Part shown: in pieces, positions 42,881-53,603 of the stretch
How positions within the stretch are numbered: position 1 is the stretch's first letter
Layout of the letters: each line of letters starts with the position of its first letter
Source of the DNA: an uncultured delta proteobacterium
GTDB lineage: Bacteria > Desulfobacterota > Desulfuromonadia > Desulfuromonadales > JACZKF01
Direction: 5' to 3'
DNA length: 64,000 nucleotides
NCBI GenBank assembly: GCA_963816395.1
Contig: CAWFKQ010000005.1
Span: forward strand, 32,001-96,000
Program-made: the position numbers and the translations under genes
Notes under the pieces: generated by a model
Seen by the model: only the letters and a program-made list of their open reading frames with translations
Database searches by the model: none
What the model was told of the DNA's origin: nothing

Positions 42881-45800
42881 ATGCTTGAAAAAATAATCGC
42901 TGCTTCCATCCGCAACAAGTTCATGGTTGTGCTGGTCACCGTTTTCATCATCGCCGGGGGCATCTATGCCCTGATGAAAACGCCCCTCGACGCCATCCCC
43001 GACCTTTCCGACGTCCAGGTGATCATCTTCACCGATTACCCGGGGCAGGCGCCGCAGGTGGTGGAAGACCAGGTCACCTATCCTCTGACCACCCAGATGC
43101 TGGCGGTTCCCCACGCCAAAGTCGTGCGGGGCTACTCCTTCTTCGGCTACAGCTTCGTCTACATCATCTTCGATGAAGGCACCGACATCTACTGGGCCCG
43201 CTCGCGCGTCCTGGAATACCTGAATTACGCCTCGAAGAAGCTGCCGGCCGGCGTCACGCCAACCCTGGGCCCGGACGCCACCGGCGTCGGCTGGGTCTAC
43301 GAATATACGCTGCAGAGCAAGAATCAAAATCTGCAGGAATTGCGCTCTCTCCAGGACTGGTACCTGCGTTATGCGTTGACCTCCGTCGACGGCGTCTCCG
43401 AAGTGGCCAGCATCGGCGGCTATGTCAAGCAATACCAGGTCGCCATCGACCCCAACAAGCTGCTGGCCTACAACATCCCCATCTCCAAAGTCAAGCGGGC
43501 CATCCAGCGCAGCAACAACGATGTCGGCGGCCGCCTGGTGGAGCAAGCGGAGACCGAGTTCATGGTCCGCGGCCTGGGCTACATCAAATCGGTTGGAGAC
43601 CTGGAGAAGGTCGTCGTCGGCACCGACGCCAAGGGTACGCCGATTCTGGTCCGGGACATCGCTCAGGTACGGCTCGGTCCCGAGTTGCGCCGGGGGGTGG
43701 CGGATCTCGACGGAAAGGGGGAGGCGGTCGGCGGCATCATCGTCATGCGCTACGGCGAGAACGCCCTGAAGACCATTCAGAACGTCAAGAAAAAACTGCA
43801 GGAACTGCAGGCGGGTCTGCCCGAGGGGGTGACCATCCAGCCGGTCTACGACCGTTCCGGTCTCATCGAGCGAGCCGTCGAGACCCTGAAAGGGAAGCTG
43901 CTCGAGGAGAGCATCGTGGTCGCCGTCGTGACCGCTCTCTTTCTCTTCCACCTGCCCAGCGCCCTGGTCGCGATCTTCACCCTGCCGGTGGCGATCCTGA
44001 TCGCTTTCATCATCATGGGCTGGCAGGGGATCAACGCCAACATCATGAGCCTGGGCGGTATCGCCATCGCCATCGGCGCCATGATCGATGCCGCCATCAT
44101 CATGATCGAGAATGCCCACAAGCACCTGGAGCATTACGGCGGCAAGAAGCCGCATTGGGATATCATCACGGAGGCCGCCAAGGAGGTCGGCCCAGCCCTG
44201 TTCTATTCCCTGCTGGTGATCACCGTCTCCTTCTTCCCGGTTTTCACCCTCGGCGAGCAGTCGGGAAGGATGTTCAAGCCGCTGGCCTATACCAAAACCT
44301 ATGCCATGGGGGCCGCGGCGCTGCTCTCCATCACCATCGTCCCGGTGCTCATGGGGTGGTTCATCCGCGGCAAAATCCCCAGGGAAGACGCGAATCCTCT
44401 TAACCGCTTCCTTATCCGCATCTATCACCCGGTGGTCGACTTCGTCCTCCGGTGGCGCAAGGTCGTACTGGTCGTCGCCGTATTACTTACGGTCTCCATC
44501 TTCATGCCGCTGAAGAAGATGGGCTCCGAGTTCATGCCACCTCTCTATGAAGGCGACCTGCTTTACATGCCGACGACGCTGCCGGGGATCTCCGTCACCC
44601 AGGCCAAATCAATTCTGCAGCAGACCGACCGCATCATCGCGCAGTTTCCGGAGGTGGAGCATGTCTTCGGCAAGGTCGGCAGGGCCGAAACGGCCACCGA
44701 CCCGGCGCCTCTCTCGATGCTGGAAACGACCATCACCCTCAAGCCTGAAGATCAATGGCCAAAGGTCCCTGTGCACCGCTTCTTTTCGAACTGGCCGGGG
44801 TGGACCGAGGGGCTGAAAACGCCGTTGCGCTGGATTTTTCCGGAAGAGAAGACCATCACTGTCGACGAACTCAGCGATCAGCTCAACAATGCCATCAAGT
44901 TCCCCGGTCTGACCAACGCCTGGACCATGCCGATCAAGACCCGCATCGACATGCTCTCCACCGGCATCAAGACGCCGGTCGGTATCAAGGTGATGGGGGA
45001 TGATCTGGCCACCCTGAGTAAGATCGGCGAACAGATCGAGGCGGTGGTTCGTGACATCCCGGGGACCTTGAGCGTCTATGCTGAACGGGTGGTCGGCGGC
45101 AACTACCTCGATTTCACCATCGACCGTGAAGCAGCGGCCCGTTACGGCCTCACGGTGGGCGACGTCCAGGACGTGATTCAATCCGCCATCGGCGGCATGA
45201 ACGTCACCCAGACCGTCGAGGGACTGGAGCGCTATCCGGTAAACGTCCGTTACATGCGCGACTTCCGGAATGACCTGGATGCCTTGCGGCGGGTTCTCAT
45301 CCCCACCCCGAGCGGTGCCCATATTCCCGTCGGCCAAGTCGCCGATATTCAGATCCACAAGGGACCGCCAAGCATCAAGAGCGAGAACGCCCGCCGCACC
45401 GCCTGGATCTACGTCGATCTCAAAGGCATCGATGTCGGCACCTATGTGGCCAACGCCCAGAAGATCGTCAACGAAAAGATCAAGCTGCCGGCCGGCTACA
45501 ACATCGTCTGGAGTGGTCAATACGAGTACATGCAGGCGGCCAAGGCCCGGTTGATGGTGGTCATTCCGTTCACCCTGCTGATCATCTTCGTCATCATCTA
45601 CCTGAACACAAAATCCCTGATCAAGACGGGCATCATCTTCGTCGCCCTGCCGCTGTCGCTGGTCGGTTGCTTCTGGTACCTCTACCTGCTCGGCTACAAC
45701 ATGTCGGTCGCAGTCTGGGTCGGGGTCATCGCCCTGGCCGGGATATCGGCCGAAACCGGAGTGGTCATGCTCCTCTACCTCGATCTGGCCTACGAGTTGT

Positions 45801-46156
45801 GGAAAAGCCGCGGCCGGATGAAAAACCGGGGCGATCTGGTGCAGTCCATTCACCATGGGGCGGTCAAGCGCATCCGGCCCAAGATGATGACCATTACCGT
45901 CATTATCGCCGGTCTGATTCCCATCATGTGGAGTCACGGCGCCGGCGCCGACGTCATGAAGAGGATCGCCGCGCCGATGATCGGCGGGGTGATCACCTCC
46001 GGTCTCATGGAACTGCTGGTCTTTCCGGTCATCTATTTCCTCTGGCGGCAGATCGGGCTCGAAAGAAGTCTCGCGCCTACCGCCGAAGGGGAAATCGATG
46101 AGGCGGAGCATGCTGCGGATATCCCGCAACTTACCCCAAAAGGAGTAGAAGGATGA
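42881..46156 (+). CDS. cusA: CusA-family Cu(I)/Ag(I) RND efflux pump
   Basis: LDAIPDLSDVQVI, NIMSLGGIAIAIGAMIDA, EFMPPL..GDLLYMP, RIDMLSTG, RPKMMT. Confidence 0.94.
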   Translation: MLEKIIAASIRNKFMVVLVTVFIIAGGIYALMKTPLDAIPDLSDVQVIIFTDYPGQAPQVVEDQVTYPLTTQMLAVPHAKVVRGYSFFGYSFVYIIFDEGTDIYWARSRVLEYLNYASKKLPAGVTPTLGPDATGVGWVYEYTLQSKNQNLQELRSLQDWYLRYALTSVDGVSEVASIGGYVKQYQVAIDPNKLLAYNIPISKVKRAIQRSNNDVGGRLVEQAETEFMVRGLGYIKSVGDLEKVVVGTDAKGTPILVRDIAQVRLGPELRRGVADLDGKGEAVGGIIVMRYGENALKTIQNVKKKLQELQAGLPEGVTIQPVYDRSGLIERAVETLKGKLLEESIVVAVVTALFLFHLPSALVAIFTLPVAILIAFIIMGWQGINANIMSLGGIAIAIGAMIDAAIIMIENAHKHLEHYGGKKPHWDIITEAAKEVGPALFYSLLVITVSFFPVFTLGEQSGRMFKPLAYTKTYAMGAAALLSITIVPVLMGWFIRGKIPREDANPLNRFLIRIYHPVVDFVLRWRKVVLVVAVLLTVSIFMPLKKMGSEFMPPLYEGDLLYMPTTLPGISVTQAKSILQQTDRIIAQFPEVEHVFGKVGRAETATDPAPLSMLETTITLKPEDQWPKVPVHRFFSNWPGWTEGLKTPLRWIFPEEKTITVDELSDQLNNAIKFPGLTNAWTMPIKTRIDMLSTGIKTPVGIKVMGDDLATLSKIGEQIEAVVRDIPGTLSVYAERVVGGNYLDFTIDREAAARYGLTVGDVQDVIQSAIGGMNVTQTVEGLERYPVNVRYMRDFRNDLDALRRVLIPTPSGAHIPVGQVADIQIHKGPPSIKSENARRTAWIYVDLKGIDVGTYVANAQKIVNEKIKLPAGYNIVWSGQYEYMQAAKARLMVVIPFTLLIIFVIIYLNTKSLIKTGIIFVALPLSLVGCFWYLYLLGYNMSVAVWVGVIALAGISAETGVVMLLYLDLAYELWKSRGRMKNRGDLVQSIHHGAVKRIRPKMMTITVIIAGLIPIMWSHGAGADVMKRIAAPMIGGVITSGLMELLVFPVIYFLWRQIGLERSLAPTAEGEIDEAEHAADIPQLTPKGVEG

Positions 46157-46602
46157 AAAGAAGAAGTCTGGCAACACTGGTGGCAGCGTTGTTCCTGCTC
46201 ACGATCCCTCTCGCCGCCCTGGCCATGGACCACAGCCAGATGGAGGGGATGGATGGTGGCATGGTCATGCTGGGCAATCAGACCGTGGACGGCGTCAAGG
46301 CCATGGCCCATCTCAAGGACATTCATGAAGCCATGGCCAAGATGGGAATGGATAAAACCAACCACCTCATGGTCATGTTCATGGATACCAAGACCGGCCA
46401 GCCGATCTCCGAGGGCACCGCGGCGGTGAAGATCAAGGATCCCTCGGGCAAGGTCAGTGGACCGATCATGCTGATGGGGATGCCCGGAGGGTTCGGCGCC
46501 GACATCACCCTGCCGGAAAAAGGAGCGTACACTTTCGAGGTGGGGAGCAAACTGGCAGACGGACAAGTACGGAAATATGACTTCAACTATACTCTGAAGT
46601 AA
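46153..46602 (+). CDS. Met/His-rich periplasmic protein, putative copper chaperone
   Basis: Signal peptide, MDHSQMEGMDGGM, AMAKMGM..HLMVMFMD; ATGA overlap with cusA. Confidence 0.7.
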   Translation: MKRRSLATLVAALFLLTIPLAALAMDHSQMEGMDGGMVMLGNQTVDGVKAMAHLKDIHEAMAKMGMDKTNHLMVMFMDTKTGQPISEGTAAVKIKDPSGKVSGPIMLMGMPGGFGADITLPEKGAYTFEVGSKLADGQVRKYDFNYTLK

Positions 46603-46626
46603 GAAAGAATAACTCCTTTACCCGAC

Positions 46627-46659
46627 AGGAAAGGCCCCTGCCCAATAGGGGCCTTTCCT
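46627..46659 (+). terminator. Hairpin terminator after the cus operon
   Basis: AGGAAAGGCCCCT...AGGGGCCTTTCCT. Confidence 0.7.
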
Positions 46660-46806
46660 ATGCGCGACTGCTGAAACCAGGGGCAGGCTCCGCTTGTTTT
46701 ATCCCTGCCCTCATCTCTTCCCACTTCGTTTCTTCCCTTTTTCCCTCTCGTTCTATCCCTCTTTCATTATCGACACATTTCTTTTTCTCCCGAGAATTCT
46801 CAATTG

Positions 46807-46911
46807 GAAGGATTTTCTACAGTTCGCCGGAGAATATCCTACATGAAGGAAACCTTCTCACATGAAAGTCATTGAAAGAGTGATCTTTTTAGCTTGGCAT
46901 ACATAATGAAT
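46807..46911 (+). promoter_or_regulatory. Tandem palindromes + sigma54-like promoter (copA)
   Basis: GAAGGATTTTCTAC 46807, GGAGAATATCCTAC 46829, TGGCATACATAATGAAT 46895. Confidence 0.55.
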
Positions 46912-47042
46912 GTTGAAATTTCATCCTCCTACAAGGTGGTCCTGGGCATGACCTTAAACGGCCCATTTTTTCTCACGTACTTTTGACAATTACAGAAAAT
47001 GGTTCTGAATAAACAGAAAACCCAAATTTACTGGAGATTTCG

Positions 47043-49336
<2,294 letters not shown>

Positions 49337-49474
49337 CCCTGGCATCCTTTTCCGATTTGTCCCATCACTAATCCGGAGAAGGGAAAATGCTGCCGACATA
49401 CACATTAAGAGGAATAACTAGCACTGCAAAACAAAACCGAGATAACCTGATAGAATTACGCTGGAGCGCTGGCC

Positions 49475-49580
49475 ATGGCCAAAGATCCCATATGCGGCAT
49501 GGACGTCTCTGAAAAGGGGCGAAGTATATACTCCACTTCCAGCATGAAACTCTCGATTTCTGTTCGGAACAATGGCAGCA
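49475..49580 (+). pseudogene. YHS-domain fragment
   Basis: MAKDPICGMDVSEKG then, after a frame change, KYILHFQHETLDFCSEQ; GGAG SD upstream. Confidence 0.5.
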
Positions 49581-49731
49581 AGCCGCCCAAGGGCCACTTG
49601 ACCTCTGCGGACTTGGGGTGAGAGGCTGTCGTTTCAGTAAAGTTTTTTCTTCGCGCCGATTTCAGGCCAGGGAATGTGTGCCGTCTCTTGCCGAGGTGAC
49701 GGCCAGAAAGACATCAAAAAGGAAGCAGAGC

Positions 49732-50467
49732 ATGAGCCGAATGGGATCGGTATTTGCGGTATTCTGGGGGGATTGTTTTTCTGTTTTTTTTCGGAGCAAG
49801 CGCCGGGGCGAGCCCGAAAACCAGCGCCTGCGTCGCCTGCCATGGATCCCTGGGCGGCAATCTTGCCCAGCCTGTCTCGGAATGGAACGATTCAATCCAC
49901 CAGCAGAACGGAATTACCTGTGATCTCTGCCATGGCGGCGATGCGTCGATTGAGGTAGGAAACATAACCCAGCTCTCCGGGAATGAGTTCACGGAGGTAA
50001 AGTCCCGGGCCATGTCGAAATCGCACGGCTTCATCGGCAAGCCGTCCGGTCAGGCGATGTTCGAAATGTGCGCCAGGTGCCACCCCGATTCCGTGGCCCG
50101 GTACGCCGGCAGCATCATGGGCAAGGCTTACCTGGAGGACAAGGGGGGACCTTCCTGCGTCGTCTGCCACCAGGCCCACAACAACATCATCCCCGCCGTT
50201 CCCGAGGTCTGCGCGGGCTGTCACAAGGATACCACCGGGTTCACGCAGATCGACCCCATGAATGTGACGGCCGCCACCGTCAACCAGCTTTCGCAGATAC
50301 GCATCCTGCTGGGGGAGAAAAAGGCCCGGGGGAACAGGCCGTCGCTGGCTCCGCCGTTCCCTGAGGAACTGGATCCGTATCAGATCGGGTTATTGGCTTT
50401 TGGGGCGGTCGGCATCATCTTTCTGTTCGGCTTGGTGGTTTTTCTGGTTCTGGAAAAGGAGAAATGA
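49732..50467 (+). CDS. Pentaheme c-type cytochrome with C-terminal membrane anchor (N-terminal frame uncertain)
   Basis: CVACH, CDLCH, CARCH, CVVCH, CAGCH; hydrophobic C-terminus. Confidence 0.85.
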
Positions 50468-50468
50468 A

Positions 50469-50733
50469 ATGAGCTTCGAGGTCCTGCGGGAAAGCAAGCC
50501 TCCCTGTTCGGTAATCGGTATGGTGTTGACGATCGTCCTCTCGCTGCTCCTGCTCGGCGTGGGAATCGTTTTTGCCTTCCTTTTGATTACAGGCCGCGGC
50601 AACGACTATCTGCTGGGAACTCTGCTGGCTGTTGAATTTCTGCTGGCCGGCCTGGCCCTCGTCCTCTATGCCAGAATCTTCGTCGTCTTCAGGGAGGTGG
50701 CGGAAGACCGGGAGGAGCCGCTGCTTATGGTAA
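50469..50733 (+). CDS. Two-TM small membrane protein (reads in frame into the Rieske gene as sequenced)
   Basis: MSFEVLRES..., two hydrophobic helices; out-of-frame TAA at 50731 and a GGAGGAG SD before ATG 50727. Confidence 0.6.
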
Positions 50734-51342
50734 CCGAAAGCTTTGAGAACAAGGACGCGAAGGGAGGGGTCACCCGCCGGCGCCTTACCCTCGGCATCCT
50801 TCTGGCCTCTGCCGCCGGCGCTTTCGCCTCTCTCCTGTCGCTGTTGAAGGTGCTGGCTCCGGAAAAAAAAGGTGGCGGCTACGTCGCCACCGTGGCTACG
50901 GGAGACCAACTGGTGTATGCCCAGGGCGGCCGGCTGGGGACGCCCCTGCACGCTGCCGATCTTCAGGTCGGCGATGCCGTGCTGGTCTATCCCCAAAACA
51001 AAACCAAGAACCAGGCGAATCTCGTTCAATTGATCCGCCTGCAGGAGGACGATCTTAAAGCCGCCGACCCGCCTGAATCTGACCGATCAGGGGTTTGTCG
51101 CCTACAGCGCCATCTGCACCCATCTCGGCTGCACCGTCTCCTGGGTAGAAAACCAGAAATCGCCCGCCGCCTCAGTCACCGAATGTTTCTGTCACAACAG
51201 CATCTTCAATCCGGCACAGGGGGCGAAGGTCATGGGCGGTCCCGCACCGATTCCACTCGCCCAGATCGGCGTCAGGGTGTCGCAGGACGGAACGCTGGTC
51301 TTTACCAGCGGCTTCACCGGCCCGATCGGCCCGCAGGTATGA
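50727..51342 (+). CDS. Rieske 2Fe-2S subunit of a Rieske/cytochrome b complex (frameshift near 51058)
   Basis: TRRRL twin-arginine + TM; AYSAICTHLGC and ECFCHNSIF boxes, GGPAPIPL in the shifted frame. Confidence 0.85.
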
Positions 51343-51354
51343 CGGAGGGAGGCA

Positions 51355-52620
51355 ATGGCTATGCTCTTTCAATGGTTTGACGAGCGCCTGGAACTGAAAA
51401 AGTTCAGGGGCAAATTCCTGGACAAGAATTTCCCGACCCATCCCACCTTTCTGCTCGGGGAAATGGCGCTCTTCTTCTTTATCACTCTTGTGGTGACAGG
51501 AATTTTTTTAGGTTTTCTCTATGAGCCGTCGACGAGAGATGTTTCTCTGTTCGGCGCCATGGTCCCTGCCGCCTATGCCAGCGTGGTCAGAATCGACCTT
51601 CTCCCCATGGGCCTGATCATCAGACGCATCCATCACTGGTCGGCCATGCTGATGATCGCCTCCATCCTGACCCATCTGGCGCGCGTCTACTTCACCTCGG
51701 CCTATCGCAAGCCGCGGGAGATCAACTGGCTGATCGGCCTCGCCCTGCTCGCGCTGACCTTGGGAATGGCTTTTACCGGCTATCTCCTGCCCTACAGCCA
51801 GTTTTCGGTGACGGCGACCTCGATCGCCTATTACGTCTCCAAATCGGTGCCCTGGATCGGCGACTGGATCGCCCGCCTGCTTTTTGCCGGCGAGTTCCCG
51901 GCAGATGAAACCGTTCCGCGGTTCTTCTTTCTGCACGTCATGCTGATTCCGGCCATACTCATGTCCCTCATCGGTCTCCACCTGCTGGTGCTGGTGAAGC
52001 AGAAGCATACCGAACCGCCCGGCAACAGGGGGCGCCAGGCCGCCGAAGGCGGGCGCAAGCTCATCGGCATTCCGCTCTGGCCGGAACAGAGCTGCATCAG
52101 TATCTCCTTCTTCTTTTTCATGCTGTTCGTGGTTTCTCTGATCGCCACTTATGTCCCGTTGAATCCCATCGAAACCTACGGCCCGCCTTCGCCGGGAACG
52201 GCGGTCATGCGGCCCGACTGGTACTTTCTTCCCATCTACGGTTTTCTCAAGCTGGTCCCCGGCGATTTCGCCTTTTCCATCTTCGGGGGGAAGATCACCC
52301 CTGAAACCATCGGCGGGGTCATCTTCCCGGGAGTGCTGGGTCTGGCGTTGGCGCTCATCCCCTTTCTCGACCGGGCGAAGGAGCCGCAAGATTATATTGT
52401 AACCCCCCAGCATCGCCCCCTGATGACTTCCCTGGGAATCGGCGGCGTGGTTTTCCTCGGCATGACGGCGGTGTCCGGCTATATCGATGTCCTGAACATC
52501 GCCCCCGGGACTATGGGGATCTATGTCCTCCTGGCGACATTCGCGGCCTGGGGGATTTCCTACCTGCTCCTGCGTTTTTACAATCGAAACGGAAAGAGAG
52601 GCTCTCATGTCAAGAGTTGA
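51355..52620 (+). CDS. Cytochrome b (unsplit) of a Rieske/cytochrome b complex
   Basis: Four heme His (RRIHHW, LTHLAR, FLHVM, GLHL), AYRKPREINW, GYLLP, RPDWY Qo motif. Confidence 0.92.
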   Translation: MAMLFQWFDERLELKKFRGKFLDKNFPTHPTFLLGEMALFFFITLVVTGIFLGFLYEPSTRDVSLFGAMVPAAYASVVRIDLLPMGLIIRRIHHWSAMLMIASILTHLARVYFTSAYRKPREINWLIGLALLALTLGMAFTGYLLPYSQFSVTATSIAYYVSKSVPWIGDWIARLLFAGEFPADETVPRFFFLHVMLIPAILMSLIGLHLLVLVKQKHTEPPGNRGRQAAEGGRKLIGIPLWPEQSCISISFFFFMLFVVSLIATYVPLNPIETYGPPSPGTAVMRPDWYFLPIYGFLKLVPGDFAFSIFGGKITPETIGGVIFPGVLGLALALIPFLDRAKEPQDYIVTPQHRPLMTSLGIGGVVFLGMTAVSGYIDVLNIAPGTMGIYVLLATFAAWGISYLLLRFYNRNGKRGSHVKS

Positions 52621-53357
52621 TCGCGCCCTGTTTCTGTTGCGTGTGCGGCGTTCTGCTTATCGCCACCTCGGCCGATTCCGCCACCGGCCCCACCGCGGTA
52701 AACTCCTGCGTGAATTGCCACGCCCAACTGTCCGGGAACAGCTTTGTCGGGGCCAAATCCCACAGCTGGACCGGCTCGATCCATCAGCAGCACGGCGTTA
52801 CCTGTGACAAGTGTCACGGCGGCAACCCGCAGGCCGCGGATGAGAAGCAGGCCCATGCCGGCGTCCTTGGTTCCAGCGCCCCGATGAGCCCTGTTTACTT
52901 CAAGAACATTCCAGCGACCTGCGGCAAATGTCACGGAGCCGAATTTTACAAATTCACCCAGAGCCTCCATTACCAGATGCTCGAATCGACGGGGAAGGGT
53001 CCTGACTGTGTAACCTGCCACGGGTCGATGGTGACCAAAGTTCTGATGCCCGATACCCTCGCCGCCGTGTGTGACAGGTGCCACAACGAGCGAATGGGCA
53101 TTTATCCTTTCATCCCGCAGAAGGCCAAAGCGGTTCTGCTGCTGCTCAAGGAGAGTGAGGACCTTCTGGCTGCCGATGAGAAACTGTATCAATCGGCCAG
53201 CAACACGGCCGCGGCCCAGGCCCTCCGCGATGCCAGCGCTTCCCTGCACGCGGCCAAACTGGATTGGCACAAATTCGACCTGGATACGATTACGAACCAT
53301 CTGCAGGCTTTCTATGATGCCCTCCGGAAACTGTCCGCGGACAAGTCGCAGCCATGA
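52607..53357 (+). CDS. Periplasmic pentaheme c-type cytochrome (probable frameshift in signal peptide)
   Basis: CVNCH, CDKCH, CGKCH, CVTCH, CDRCH; helical C-terminal tail. Confidence 0.85.
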
Positions 53358-53603
53358 ATGCCGCTGTGAAACCAGACACCGGCTCCAGCCGGATTTGAGA
53401 GTCGCTTTTAGCTGCTGAGGACAGGGAGACCGCAAGACCAACAGGGGCACCCCTCTTAGATACTGATGCTCACGCCTGCGACTCCGGCCCGATTCCCTCT
53501 CCGGGGGAAATTGACATTCCCTTGAATGCTCCTAACATTAAGCTACCTGGCATGGGTAGCGGACCATCTCGGCAGCCCGACATTTCTGGACAGATATGCG
53601 CAA

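Noticed and set aside
42842..46177. Long antisense ORFs (528 and 522 aa) opposite cusA, and similar ones opposite copA and addAB
   Set aside because: Shadow ORFs expected from high-GC codon bias; no recognisable motifs.
46660..46800. Pyrimidine-rich tract upstream of the copA promoter
   Set aside because: No repeat unit, ORF or stable structure seen.
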